A stretch of 64,000 nt of DNA. Source: Pseudovirgaria hyperparasitica (lineage: Eukaryota). The translations under genes and the position numbers were made by a program. The notes under the pieces are model-generated. The model saw only the letters and a list, made by a program, of their open reading frames with translations, was not told the DNA's origin and ran no database searches. This document shows, one piece after another, positions 37,458-50,839 of the stretch (within the stretch, counting starts at the first letter, position 1; every line of letters starts with the position of its first letter). The stretch is taken from NCBI GenBank assembly GCA_010093815.1, contig ML996573.1; one strand, written 5' to 3'.

Positions 37458-39141
37458 TTACTTTGCTTTGGCTGTCTTCTTGGTCCTTCCTTTCTCAACT
37501 TTCGTTGGCTGGATAGATGCCATCATTTCCTCCTTGGTGATTAGGTGGTCAATCCTTTCCAGCAGACCTAGAAGACTCTTCATGTTTCCACTCCATTCGT
37601 TCAATACATCGTCGGCGTCTCTAGTCTTCGCGAAATTCACGATCTGCGCCGGTCTATCGATTCTAGCGTAGATGGTCTTAGCAGTAACAAGCTCGCTGAT
37701 AAACTTCTCGGTTTCGTCTTCCGTGAGATCCAGAAGTTGTGTGAGACGAGGCATGCGTATACGGGTGTAGTACGTCGAAACGACACGGACATTGTACTCC
37801 GTGACACGCTTCTTCAGGTCTTTCCACCTCTGCAAGGCCTTTGGTTCGTCTGATTGACCTGCCTTTGCATCAAAGATGTCGGTACCTACAAGGCGGGGCC
37901 CAAATTGCTTTTCGACCTCAGACCAATGCATGAGTTCAGTGACTGTAAACAGTCTCAAAAGTGCGGCGTCTTCTGGCACTAATAGTTGATTTCTTGTGTC
38001 TTTGTGAATGCGATGCAGCAGGTCTGACTGCTCATTGTCGTGCGGTGCGAGTATGATAAAATATATCACACGGGAAAGAACCTAAGAATGTTAGATACAA
38101 CAAACATATGACCACGGCTACTCTTACTGCACGGAGTTGCTCCGGATTCTCCTCGACGGCCTCAGTGTCCAGAACCTGTCGATAGTGCTTACAAGCGTCT
38201 AGATACTTGTCTTCTTGTTTGGCAAGCATGACCTGCTGTTCGTAGTATTGGAGTTTGAGATCAGTAACATCATCTTCAGGCTCGATTGGTGGATCGTCCA
38301 CGCTACGGGCCTTTTCCTTCTCTTCCCGCTCTTTCTGCTCCTGTTTCAGCTGCTCCTCGGTCTTCTTTGGCTTTCGCGCAAAGTATTTCGTACTGATCTT
38401 CCTGCTTAGTATACCGGCTTGAGTCCAATCACCCTTCTCTATGCACAGTGCAACCTGCTGCAGGATGAACTCGGTCTTTTCTCTCCTCGTCATTGACCCA
38501 AAGGTCTCAACTTGTAGCTCGCATAGAATGTCCGTCGCTGCGGCGATGTCACCTTGCTCCTTTTTGATGTCCGAGAGGATACGAGTCACCCTTGCACGTT
38601 CGACTTCGACAAAGATCTGAAAGCGTTAACCACGAACGTTTTGTGATCTGTAAGACTGGACTAACTTTGCCTTCAGTCACTGTCCGCAGAGTTTCGATGA
38701 CGCTAAGCTTTGTATCGATATTGGGCGTATCTTTCAAAAGATTCATGACGACCTGTACCATCTTCGTTGTTGCTTGCTTGAGCTGGCCATGTTTCTTCGA
38801 TAAGAGCAAGACTTGCTCGTTGAGCAAGCTCCAGTCGCCGGATTCTTTACATATTGTGACTATTGTGATCAATATTCGGGACGTTGAAGCTAGATCAGAT
38901 GCCTAATGCAATATGAGTACAAGCAATGCGAACCAAATGAGTTTCCAAACCTGTCGGGTTTGTTTCTCAAGCACGAGAAGCTTCTCGATAGCGCCCTGCA
39001 CATTAGTCTGGAATACATTAGTCCACACACGCGAACTTAGTGACTCGATCGTACCTTTGCAAGAGCTTCGGCCTCGGGGATGAGCTTGTCGGTATCCTTT
39101 GAGAAGTCTTTCTCCGCCCTGAGAACCTCGCCGGACGACAT
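37458..39141 (-). CDS. RPN5: 26S proteasome regulatory lid subunit Rpn5 (multi-exon)
   Basis: LLSKKHGQLKQA, TLRTVTEGKIFVE, ELQVETFGSM, ARIDRPAQIVNF and HLITKEEM motifs; ATG at 39141. Confidence 0.96.
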
Positions 39142-39663
39142 CGCAGGTTCGGGCAATGATGCGCTAAAGAGGTGATATCAGAAGACCCTCGACTTATCAG
39201 GGAGCAGTTGTGGATTTGAAAGGTAGAGACAAAGATTCAGAGGCGAGACGGACTTTGGGGTCCTGATAAGATGCCAAAGTTGATGATGGAGCTCTCAGCG
39301 AACGAACGCGAGTTGGAGCTAAGACGGTGATGTGCCACGAACGCACCGCCACCACTGCCACTACGTTTACCTAAGCTGGAATCTTGGCGCTACGATTTTG
39401 GCCGCAACAACCTTGTACTTAATTTAAACTTTCAAGGTTCTGAATCTCCATCAAACAGACTTCAAAGCCTCAAGCCACATATCTAACGATTCAAAATGCA
39501 CTCCACTCTCATCAGCATATGGAAAATCAGATCCAAACAGCAAGACTAGAGCGCCTTGAAGATGTATTGAGCCTTTACTTCAGGGCAAGATTGGATTCAG
39601 CGAAAGCCATTATTTTACATCGAAATCATATTTTCCACCAACACGTACAAATCTATAGGCTGC

Positions 39664-40676
39664 TTATTTTAGTGTAGTGTCCCCTGGCAGCTCTACTGGC
39701 CTTCGATAATGAGAGGGTAACTCAGCCAAATGTCCATCTTCAATCTCAACTGGCATTGGATTCCGCTGGTAATGTGGAGCATCCTGATAATAACCGTCCC
39801 AGATGTCTTCCTTCTTCTTGTAGGGGGTCTTAGCGTTCAGCTCCGCAGAATGCCGTCTCTTGCCTCGTCGGTATATCAAAACAAGGACCACGAGTAAAGC
39901 ACCCCCTGAAGCTGCACCGACTACTATCCCAACAAGAGCGCCGGTGCTTAGTCCATCTTGGTTTTCACTATCAGCCTGGGTTGAGGTATTGTTGACAGGC
40001 CCACCTGGGCCAGGACTGGTAGTTGTCGGAAAGGCTCCAACTCCAGACGAACTGGACACGACAGATGTGATCATCCATGTCTCTGACTTTGCTGTCGGCA
40101 TCGTCGTAGGACCCTCTGAAGCTTGGGTCGAAACTGTAATGGTAGGGTTTTCTCCGCGTAGAGTCCTGAGAGCAGATGCTGCTAAGGTTCTTGCCACAGA
40201 ACCTGCCTCATCGTCCGATAGGTCTTTGAGTGGATTCGAGAACTGACTTATGCAGTCCGGGTGGCCGACAGCAGGATTACAGTTCTCATGGGTGGCATCG
40301 CAAAACCACCACACATCTCTACCCTCCCTTCCTATTGTGTTGCATAGCACGTCTGAAGAAGCAACATCATTTGGCCCGGTATCAAGATCGCCAGTCTTTG
40401 ACAATGTCCAGCACGCCCTGCAAAAACTTGTCAGCAAAACATACCCGTGTGGATACTATGTACTCACGTGTCTGGAGCAGGACACGCATATGTGCGGTTT
40501 ATCTCAAACATGTAGGCACAGAGTCCTCCATGCTCGTATGTTTCAGCTGCCCAAAATTCTGCGCCATTGTAGCTACACCAGCTGTTCGTTCCTCCAAGAA
40601 ACCAATATGGATCCGAGGAAGATCCTGAACTAACAAAGATCAATGTACACAAAAGTAGCAAGAAAAACGGAACCAT
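39664..40676 (-). CDS. Single-pass membrane protein: signal peptide, Cys-rich ectodomain, S/T stalk, TM segment, ELP-repeat tail; one intron ~40467-40419
   Basis: MVPFFLLLLCTLIFVSSG signal peptide; GLSTGALVGIVVGAASGGALLVVLVLIYRRGKRR; PVEIE/AELP/PVELP tail. Confidence 0.82.
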
Positions 40677-41340
40677 CTCACAAGGGTTATCTCCTGGAGA
40701 AAGAGTGTCAGGGGGTTTACTGCGGCTTTGTACGACAGGGATCTTCTGCTAGATGCATGGCACAAGCCATCAGCAATTGTGTAGAGCAGTGATGTGCCGC
40801 ACTGTATGCGCTTACATGTTTCTTTCCAATCAATAGACGAAGCATAACGGATGCCGTTAGCCCAAGACATTGGCGCGCGCGAGTATGTACGTGTTTATAT
40901 TTACGGCGCAGCTGGTTTCACGCTAATGTAGAGTACATCTGGTAGTCAAAGGTCCATCATGGAGACAGCAATGAAGCACTGTAGCGTCTACTGGTAGTTG
41001 CAACGACCACATTCTTTGTATAGCACTGCGCCGACTCTTACAGACTACCAATACACTAGACATGCAAACATCTACGTCGATCGAGATGAGCAGAGCTAGC
41101 TGATCTAAGCGGGCTAACCAATCAACTACTTGTTTCAGGTGCCCGGCTGGCTACATCAGGAATAGAGCGACGCATAGGTGCCACATACTCAAATCCTGAG
41201 AGATTATAGAGCATCTGCGCTCGTCTTGGCAAATCCCTCTCAGCCTCGTTTGCGCTTCCCCCCTCCGAGGGGGGATATCACTTTCTTGAAAGAATCTACT
41301 CACTTGGCTGGCCGATGTACAGCTTCATGTCTTCCTCGCC

Positions 41341-42709
41341 ATGGCTCACGTACGTTTCACGGGCAAGCCGATGGTAGCTTGCATCCTCATCACCATCTTT
41401 GCTCTTGCTCTATGGTCATTCCACTCTCCGCGCGATCTTACTTCCGTAAATGTGGCTCCCCACGGGTCTTCCGACTCTCCTCCTCCGACGTTAGACTTTG
41501 ACTCGAAAATACACGCGAACGATCACTCGTTCTCCTCCGAGCAATGCGATGCGGCCTTTCCAGAACTGTATGACCCCATAACGGCTGCGGTGAGGAGAAG
41601 GAACGGCAGTCGAATACGACTGGAAGACATTGCGATAAATGAAGGCAGATGCATGTTACGAATACTCGTATACGATAATGAGGTGCGCTGTACAGCATGC
41701 TCATACGCCACTATCAACTAACCCATATCCAGGTTTTCGTCGTAGACAAGTGGGATCCAGAAGGCTGCTATATTTATGGATTCAAGGAGCGCGCAATTGC
41801 TACATTGTCCTTGATACAACGCGCTGTTATGTCCGCGCCGCCCAAGAGTGTTCCGAACGCTGAATTCGCTGTATCGCTTGACGATCTCCCACTGCGAAGC
41901 AAGAATGACGCGGTGATGTTTGCACTCACCCGGCAGGAGACGGAGGAGTACAAAGACGTCTGGTTGATACCTGACTTCGGATATTGGTCTTGGATTCTTA
42001 CCCGAGTTCCGAGCTACCAGCGTATGCGCCAATGGTTGTTCGATGCCGAAGTGGACGCTCCTTTCATTAACAAGATGGACAAAGCGGTATGGCGAGGAAA
42101 TCTCCGAATGAGTGGCATTCGATACGCTTTGAGAGACATAGCTGCGGGCAAGGAATGGAGTGATATCGAGGATGTGGACGTCGCCAGCGACGACCCTGAC
42201 TACGATTCGTCCAAACGTCTTACAATCGAGGATATGTGCAAGTACAAATTCGCAATCCACACCGAGGGAACTTCGTATTCGGGACGATTGAAATTTTTAC
42301 AAGCTTGCAAATCTGTCGTGGTCGCACATCCTTTGACCTGGCAAGAGTTCCATACACATCTACTGATAGCTTCTGGCAAGAACCAGAATTATGTTCGAGT
42401 TGAAGAAAACTGGTCGACACTCGATCGGGACATAACACACCTAATCGATAATCCCTTAGAGGCTGAGGCCATAGCAACACGAAGCTTCGAGAGGTTTGGT
42501 GGGAGATATCTCACTCCAGCAGCGGTAAGAGCTTAAACTACTGCAAATAGGTCAACCAGGCTGATAGATACCAGATTTCATGCTACTGGCGTCGTCTTTT
42601 ACGAGAATGGGCCACCATTCAAGACTTCGAGCCTGAGCTATACAAGGTTGAAGATGGGAAAAAAGTGCTGCGAGGCGTCCCATATAGCGAGATTGTCGTC
42701 AAATTCTGA
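41341..42709 (+). CDS. Glycosyltransferase family 90 (CAP10/Cxt1/KDELC-like); exons 41341-41682, 41733-42524, 42575-42709
   Basis: N-terminal membrane anchor; WLIPDFGYWSW, KAVWRG, CKYKFAIHTEGTSYSGRLK and CYWRRL motifs. Confidence 0.9.
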
Positions 42710-43239
42710 CCATCTCGACAACGATAGTCTAGAATTTTTGACCAGGCATGACATCTAGCGAGGAGTTTGGAGTTTGAGTTTACTACAGATGTACGAAAAT
42801 CACTGTCTTATTGTATGACGTAGCTGTACATACCAAGGAGGTCCAACAAAAGGGTCAGACCTCTAGCGTTGTTGGACATAACGCAACATTTATCCGTTCG
42901 AACTCAACAGGATTTGCCTATTGAGAACATCGGAAGACCATGTGTTAAAGTCATAACACTGTTGTCTTCCGCATGGCTTAGAGTCGCTTCCAAGCCAGGC
43001 TCTTACGAGAGTCAGTACAGCGGGTGAACATGTTTTGACTGGATGCCAATCTCGGTTACATCATCGACTTCTCGAGGTCGGGAGTCTTGAGTCTCTCTAA
43101 ATTATGTTTGCATGACGCTAATTTGAATACCATGGGCGATAGAAGTCTAGCTAAACTTCGAGAAATTCACTTGACGCCCTGTCATGCTCGTAATCAAGAT
43201 TCACCAGACGTGATCCTTGGAATGCGACACCTCTTCAAT

Positions 43240-45297
43240 TCAAGTTCTAATGCAAAAACCTGCAAAGAGGTCATATATTGCCTTGTGGTCATCCGTGGGT
43301 ACAACGAGTGCGATATCTGCAACATAGGTGAGTTAAATGTACGAAAGTCGCGGCACGTGAATAACTCACGCTGGTCAGGCCGGACAATTGCAACAACGTT
43401 TGTATTTGTAGCAATACCATATGCTTCATACGCATATCCGTGCCCAGAATTGTAATGATCGTCGTCAATATATGTTTTATGGAGGTCTATTTGGTCAGTG
43501 ACACGCTTCGCATGAGAGGTTGGTGTGAACAAACCGCGAACGCGCCATTTTCCTGTCGCAGGCCAGAAGAAATCCGGTATGTGTTCCTGTTCGATTTTCG
43601 TCCGGTCACCACGAAGCACGAGGATCGGTTCGATGAAGCTGTCGATATCTTCTGACTCGCGGGTGAAGCTGCGTACTGGGCCTGTTGGCGACGATAGGAA
43701 ATCGGCGAACTACCAAACTATCAGTGCCTACCGCGCACATCACAGTTGAACGTGTTTACCTACCTTGCTCAGTCTCTCGGCGTTTCCAGATTCCGTTATG
43801 TCACCCGCGAACACAACGACTCGCCACCTCCCGTCCGCTTTGAACGCCCTCACCAATTGCATCGCTCGCGCATCACAAAATCGCACAACCTGCGCACTCG
43901 GAAACCGCATTCCCACCGGTAATCCGCTCGCCAGCTCCTGTATACTTGCCGTCATCCCTGTAATCATAGACTCCTCATACCGACTAGTCAGCCCCGCTGT
44001 AAACCGCCCGCTCTTCTCAAACCCCTGACTAAACTCTGCCGCAATTTTCGCATCGTCGCCGCCCACACCCGTATGCTTCAGACTAAACAGTTTCGTGAAG
44101 TATCTATCAAACTCGATCAGATCCGCGGCAACCTTCTGCCTCTCGACATCATATGTGCGGAGAAGTGAGGGAGGAGAGCGGCCGGAAAGCACGTGGGCCA
44201 GCTTCCACCCGATATTATATCCATCCTGTAAGGATACATTCATTCCTTGCCCAGCCTTCGGGCTATGCGTGTGGCACGCATCGCCGGTCAGATAGACTCT
44301 CTCAAAGGCCGAGAACCGGTCCACGAGACGTTGCCCAATCGTGTATGCGGACCACCACAGCGTCTCGGCGATCTCGAGGGGATACTGCATGAAGATGGCC
44401 TTTGCGGTGGCATGGAGGTCGGAGAGTTGGACAGTCTTAGCATCAGTGCCGGCGGGAAGCTCGATGTAGAGACGGACCAGGGAGCCGCCTTCGCGTGGGA
44501 TGATGACGATATTGCCGAAGGTGGAGTGGATGGTAGATTTCTTGCGAATGTCGGGGAAGGAGGTTTGTGGATAGATATCCATGACGCCCCAGACGGTATC
44601 GGAAGAGTCGCCGAGCATTTTGTGGCCAAGAGAGCGGCGGATGGTGCTGTGTGCGCCGTCGCAGCCCTGGCTAAGTCAGCAGCTGTTGGGTGGGAAGATG
44701 GGGGATATTGCAATGGAAGGATATAGAGAAGACACGAGCAGCGTACGAGTGGAGAATGGGAAAGGAGATACTGACCAAGACGTACTTCGCCTCGATTACA
44801 TGCTCTTGACCCTCCTTCTCAGCAAAAACTTGCACAGGAAACACATCATCACCATAGTCCCCGGCTCTCTCTTGATCAATCGTCACCCCTTTGACCTCCC
44901 AGCCATACTCAACCTCCTTAGCCCCAACTTGCCTCATCTTATCCAGTAAAATACCATTGAATTGCGCCTGATTAAGGATAACATGTGGCATATGACTAAG
45001 TCCCTTTTTGGTATCCGGGATTCTTCCTGTCCTACTGATACCTTCGCCAACCATGGACCAGAAGCTAACTTCAAGAATATGGAAAGCCTCCCGGAGAAGA
45101 TCTTCCGCGACACCGAACGATTCAAAGACTTCGACGGTACGGCATTGCACGCCGTCGGCCTGGCCGATGGCCATTTGGACAGGCCGCTTGTCCAGAATAC
45201 GGAAGGGAATATTGCATATGGTAAGCCATAGAGCAGCACATATCCCTGCAGAGCCAGAGCCTACGATCAGGACGTCGGTGCGCTGGGTGGGTGGCAT
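43240..45297 (-). CDS. Phenol 2-monooxygenase-like FAD-dependent hydroxylase with C-terminal thioredoxin-like domain (4 exons)
   Basis: DVLIVGSGSAG, GQADGVQCRTVE, GCDGAHS, GDACHTHSPKAGQGMN, DGRWRVVVFAG and IVRPDQ motifs. Confidence 0.93.
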
Positions 45298-45692
45298 ATT
45301 CAAGTTGTCTACGAATAGTCGAGTAATGGCGGGGTCGTTCGATCATGAATCTCAGGCAGTGCCCATGTCTTATGTTCTAGGACCGGCAGATTTCTTTGTT
45401 GAGCAGGAAAGCATCAACTCAGTGTACAGTGACATCTAGAGCATACAGATCTCTGTAGATACGAATGACTCGTACTGAGTTATGCTATGCTTAGGCTGAC
45501 GTGAGAGTAAATGGCAGCTGCTTGCCTAACTAGGATTAGCATAATAGCTAAGAATGTCTCCAAAATCTTACCAATATTATCGAGGTTTATGATACTTCTA
45601 ATCTAGGACTGTACTAATTGAAGCACGTTAGATGTCCAGTGTTCACTAGGGGCTCTGTCGCGCCGAAAGTACACTTGGGGATGAGTGAGATT

Positions 45693-47021
45693 CTATTGCT
45701 GCCAGCCGCCTCCTTTTCTTTCCTCCTCTAACGCCCATTGAACCGCGTCCCAGACATCGCCTACAATTACACTTGGCTTATATTTCGGCTCCGATCCTGC
45801 AACGTATACACCAGTTTCTACAAGAGCCGTCCGCCACTTGACACCCATAGGGCTACGGTATTCATTCCCACCTTTAATATCGCTCTCGGGATTATCTCCC
45901 ACCATGTAAACACGGTCAAGCGTTTTAATCGAATCTGAATCCTCGTTCGATGATATTGCATCATCCTCGCTCTTCGTGCCGAGCAAGGTGGACCTCTTCA
46001 TGCCACGGCTATGCGACAGTAGCTTCTTTTCAGCAAATTCATAGGTGAATCGATAGGGCTTTCCAATCACTCTCTTTTGGAGTGATACACCATTCTGCGG
46101 TCCACCGGTGATCGCGGCCCATACACCTTCTAATGCTTCTCGAAAGCCACCTTGACCGAACCGCGGAAGCGGATGTTTCGCTGCCCAGAGCAAGTCTGGG
46201 TTTGAAAACCATAGCTGTGGCTGTCCATCTTGCTGGTATCCGCGGTTTGGTAGATCTGTGTTATTATTTAGTGTTGATAGCGTTCCGAGTTGTCCGCCTT
46301 TTGATAGCAGCAAATCTGTGATTAATTGAAGATCAAGTGCCCAGTCCCGAGGATCATTGAACACAAGTATTGTACTAATTGGTGGTAAAGGATCCAGGAG
46401 AGGCTGTGCATGTCGCTTGTGGACAGAGAGTTGGGCGGATGAGAATGGCATTACTGTTGGATCGGCCGCAAAAATGTCGCAGGGCATTATGACGTTCTTA
46501 AAACCGTATCTATGCGCAACATGTCGACAATTATCCCCGTCTCCGCCAACCACGAGCACTGTTTTATCTTCTTTCTCTTCCGGGCTGAAATTAGCGAACG
46601 GAGTGTGACTCTGCACAAACATCTCAACGTCCAGTGATACGCCCAGCTTCTCGCTTAGATCATGAACTCTTTGGGTCTCATGTTTACCACCACCGTTGGT
46701 AAGAAGTATGAATGGGACATGATGGCTCTGTAGGTGCGAGAGGGCTTTATGGGCACGCGGTAAAGCATCGGAACTGCGGACTAAAACACCGTCGATACTG
46801 CCAAGTAAATCTATTAGCATATGTATACTGCAGGTCTAGTTTACGGCCTACTCAAACGCGAACGCAAATCTAGTTATGCTTCGTTCTTGATCAGTCGACG
46901 TTTGCAGACATCTCGCGGGGAATGCCGATATCGTGAGACGCGTCCGGGGTCTTACGTCGTGGTAGTAGCGGGGAGCAAGCCTCGCCGAACGCGAGAACTG
47001 TGTAGGAAGGGTTAAGGACAT
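45693..47021 (-). CDS. HAD-superfamily IIA hydrolase (CECR5/YKR070W-like), probably mitochondrial; one intron near 46850-46799
   Basis: Spliced FAFDIDGVL; LLTNGGG, QSHTP, SNPDLLW, GKP and MVGDNPESDI motifs. Confidence 0.9.
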
Positions 47022-47334
47022 GGGAACGGCCTCCACAATCCACAATGTTGTTGCTCTTCTTTGCAAGTTGGAATGAACCTGTTACACATGTTGGTTGAGT
47101 GGGGCCATTGCTATATGTGGAGTTTAAATCGGCGTTTAGGCATGGATTAGACAAGGGGGAGTTAATGTTTGCAGCCTTAGGCTACTATTTGACCAGTCAG
47201 CCTTCGCCTTCGTTGTCGCATTAGCATGAGTGACTTTGCTCACTCCAATGTAGACATCCATCGCTTAATACCCTGATGAACATATATATCTCAAGCTGTT
47301 CAGTGAAGGTCTCTTGACTGCTAGCTATATCAAC

Positions 47335-49608
47335 ATGTCACCAGGTCTGAGCGAGACAGGCACCTCGAATGGTTCATCCATGAACGGAATCAACAAGACC
47401 GGTATCAAGAGAGCCAGACCACAATTGAGCTGCATGCCTTGTCGGCAGGGAAAGCTAAAATGTAACCGCCTTCAACCATTCTGCGACCAGTGCCTGAAGA
47501 GGTCTAAGGAAGATTCTTGCGTCTATCCGCCACCCCCACAAAAGATAAAGCAGGCGCAAAATATGAAGGGACGAATAAGACATCTCGAAAACCTAGTCGT
47601 AGATCTCATGAATGCGAAACAAGCTGAAGACGGTATTGAATCTGGGAACGGCAACGTTTCCTCCTCTTCACATGGGACTCGTGGAAGCCCCGGTGATAGC
47701 TCTGGTTCGGAGGAGTATCATCGCTCGACACTTTCTGCTTTTGGCAAATTGAAGGTCAGCGCAGAGAAAACAAGTTACGTCTCGGGCTCTCACTGGTCTG
47801 CCATCCTGGACGAAATCAAGGAAGTGAGAACCTTTTTCGAGGATGAAGAAGACGTGCCTGAGGACATGCCTTATGATGCTGATCCTCGAACAAACGGTGG
47901 AGGTCAAATATCGTTCGGTACCGCCAAGATATACACAAAGGAGCAGCTTATCGACATGATCCCGCCAAAAGACGAAGCCGACCGTTTGGTTGCTCTCTGG
48001 TTCAATTCTTCAGACCCGTTCTTATACGCTCTTCACGCTCCGACGTTTCAGAAGGAATATTTGCAATTCTGGGTGTCTCCTGAGAGAGCACCTGTTATGT
48101 GGCTAGGCCTTTTGTTCTCTATTATGAGCGTCTCTGTCTTGCTGATACATCGCGGGGAAATCTGGGAACGGAAGGCTGAAAGTCTTGCAAATCACAGAGC
48201 AGCCTTCTTTCAGGAAGCAGCATCATCTGCTATGAATCTAGCAGATATTGCACGAGGGCACCCGTACACCTTAGAATGTCTCGCATTATATGGAGAATCG
48301 CAATTCCTTCGCAGTGATGAGGCCCATCTACAGATGTGGCTGATGGCAGGTGTACTAGTTCGCATAGCCCTCAAGATGGGCTACCACCGAGATGCAAGTC
48401 ATTACAACATCAGCCCATTCCGAGCTGAAATGCGTCGACGGGTATGGCTAGTCATATATCAGATGGATGTCTTGGTGTCGTTTGCTGTCGGTTTGCCCAG
48501 CATGGTGCGCTCAGTCTTCAGTGACACCAAGTTACCGACCAATCTCTACGATTCAGACTTAACGATTGATATGACAGAATTGCCGCCAGCGAGGCCTCGT
48601 GCTGAATTGACCCCTGGATCCTATGGAATCGCGAAATGTAGGCTCTGTCAGGTCTTTGCGGCGGCCTTCGATGCATCGCATTACATCGAAACGCCAGCGT
48701 GGTCCAAAACTATGGAAATGGACCGAGAAGTGGACGCTGCAATCGACGATCTCCCACCACCCCTCCAAGTGAAAGCCTTGAATGAAAGTCTGAGCATTGC
48801 GCCCGGAGTTTTGATGTGTCGGTACAATCTACGTCTACTCTACCTAAAGACAAAGATCGTCTTACATCGCAGGTTCTTGACCGAGTCCAATGATGAAACC
48901 GGCTCACAAGCTGCCATATCCCGGAAAGTGTGCCTAGATTCTGCCATGGAGATACTAAGACATCAACGAACTCTTTGGGCAGCTTGTCAGAAAGGAGGGC
49001 AGCTTTACGATGTAAGATGGTATCTTTCATCACTAACGACATATGACTTCCTACTCGCAGCTATGATCATATCTCTAGAACTGAATCGTTGGTGCAACAC
49101 ATCACTTGAGATGGAGCGATCCGTAGAAGCGCAGGCTCAGGAGAGGAATGGTATATGTCAAGAGCTCGTGCAAGCACTAGAGCTACTAAATGTTATGCTC
49201 AGATCTCCAGGCTATCGCTCTAGAAATGCAAGGCGAGCATCTAACTTCCTACGAGTCATGCTTGCTCGTGTAAAACGTTCGGGTCTAGCGCCTCTGGTCG
49301 AATTACCCCCGTCTATACACAGCGCAGAGGCAACTGTTTATCCCACAACCCCCGATCTTCTAGCTGACGTCACTATACCAGCCACTGAAGTCGATGATGA
49401 CGATAGAAATGCATACTCCTCAATTACTGGTGTGTTGGATGCAGGAGATAACATTGACTGGATGGCTTGGGACCGCCAAATGAATCAAGATACTGCGGCG
49501 CCCACTGATCCATCATGGCTTTCTAGTCTGGATATGGATGATCTACTGAGCTATGAATACAACGAGGAAGGAAGCAGTACATGGATACCGTGGAGTGGAA
49601 CATCGTGA
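47335..49608 (+). CDS. Zn(II)2Cys6 transcription factor with fungal-specific TF (MHR) domain, intronless
   Basis: CMPCRQGKLKCNRLQPFCDQCLKRSKEDSC; MGYHRD and EMRRRVW motifs. Confidence 0.93.
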   Translation: MSPGLSETGTSNGSSMNGINKTGIKRARPQLSCMPCRQGKLKCNRLQPFCDQCLKRSKEDSCVYPPPPQKIKQAQNMKGRIRHLENLVVDLMNAKQAEDGIESGNGNVSSSSHGTRGSPGDSSGSEEYHRSTLSAFGKLKVSAEKTSYVSGSHWSAILDEIKEVRTFFEDEEDVPEDMPYDADPRTNGGGQISFGTAKIYTKEQLIDMIPPKDEADRLVALWFNSSDPFLYALHAPTFQKEYLQFWVSPERAPVMWLGLLFSIMSVSVLLIHRGEIWERKAESLANHRAAFFQEAASSAMNLADIARGHPYTLECLALYGESQFLRSDEAHLQMWLMAGVLVRIALKMGYHRDASHYNISPFRAEMRRRVWLVIYQMDVLVSFAVGLPSMVRSVFSDTKLPTNLYDSDLTIDMTELPPARPRAELTPGSYGIAKCRLCQVFAAAFDASHYIETPAWSKTMEMDREVDAAIDDLPPPLQVKALNESLSIAPGVLMCRYNLRLLYLKTKIVLHRRFLTESNDETGSQAAISRKVCLDSAMEILRHQRTLWAACQKGGQLYDVRWYLSSLTTYDFLLAAMIISLELNRWCNTSLEMERSVEAQAQERNGICQELVQALELLNVMLRSPGYRSRNARRASNFLRVMLARVKRSGLAPLVELPPSIHSAEATVYPTTPDLLADVTIPATEVDDDDRNAYSSITGVLDAGDNIDWMAWDRQMNQDTAAPTDPSWLSSLDMDDLLSYEYNEEGSSTWIPWSGTS

Positions 49609-49638
49609 TCGCGGCACCGTGATCGCCGACAGTCATCA

Positions 49639-50839
49639 TTATGCTTTGAAGGACATGGTCTCTGTCTCGCACCATCCATATAATTTGCTGCCCAGGCCAT
49701 GTCCTCCGTCCTCTGTTGCCTGAAGGCTTTTCTTTAGATGCGCGGGTAGCTCTGACTTGCGTCCCCAAGGTATATAATATCCGCCGTTTTCAGGAGACGT
49801 CACGTCTGGGCTGAAGCCACAAAACAATTCTGTGTATGCGCCGAACACTGCTGGCTTGAATACAATCCCCTGGTTCCAATAAGCTTTCTATCATGCGTAT
49901 ACGGGGACGTCGACGTACCATGAGTTTGCTCACAAGAGCTGGTTGATGACGTTGAAGCTCGGTTTTCATGAGTCCAGGGTTACAGCTCTGTGCCTCTTCA
50001 GTATCGAGAGCATAATGACGTGTCTAACTTTGCTTACGACGCTCAATATCCCAGCTTCATGCCAACGCCTAGCGAACTCGACGGCTAGAAAGCTCCCTCC
50101 AGCTTTTGATGACATGTAATTCTCCATAGGTTTCTTGAATGTCTTCGGAGCCTTCGTCACCTCGTCGAACTCTACGCCCCCTTTCGGTGTACCGGAATCG
50201 AGGACAGACACCACCCAGACCACTCTCACCGGTCTTTTCTCTGAATCGAGCTTATTCTTCAGGGATGCTGTCTGTTTGAGGATGGGCTCAAGGAGTCTCG
50301 TCAAGAGAAATGGACCTAGCACATTTGTGCCCATCTCCAGATCGTGTCCCTACATCCCATTAAATTTTGCCTGTCAGAATAGACAAAGACTTACCCCAGC
50401 TGTCTTGCTACCGACTGGAGGCATCATGACGCCTGCATTGTGTACCAACACGTCCAATTGTGTCTCCTTGCTCAAGAAGTCCTCCACGGCCGGCCTGATA
50501 GTTTTGAGATCCGCTAGGTCCAATACCAGTGGCATCAACCGTCCCTTCGACTCTCCCATCTCGGCTCTGATAGACTTGATTCCCTCGTTCACCCGAGCGA
50601 GAGATCGGGCGCCAACGTAAACGGTTGCATTTGCGCTGTACAAGATCTTGGCGAGCTCGCGGCCTACACCAGATGCGGCACCTGTGACAATGACGATCTA
50701 TGCATTTATCAGAGCTTTGAAAGGAATGCAATGATGTTTTTAGTACTTTTCCTGTCTGGTCTGGAAGTTCTTTCTCGGTGAATCTTGGGTTGGGTGGGAA
50801 GGCTTGGCTTAGGAGGCCAGTGTTACTTTCACTGCACAT
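49639..50839 (-). CDS. Short-chain dehydrogenase/reductase (retinol-dehydrogenase-like), multi-exon
   Basis: IVTGAASGVG, LDLADL, VHNAGVM, MGTNVLGPFLLT, YMSSK and GYYIPWG motifs. Confidence 0.9.
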
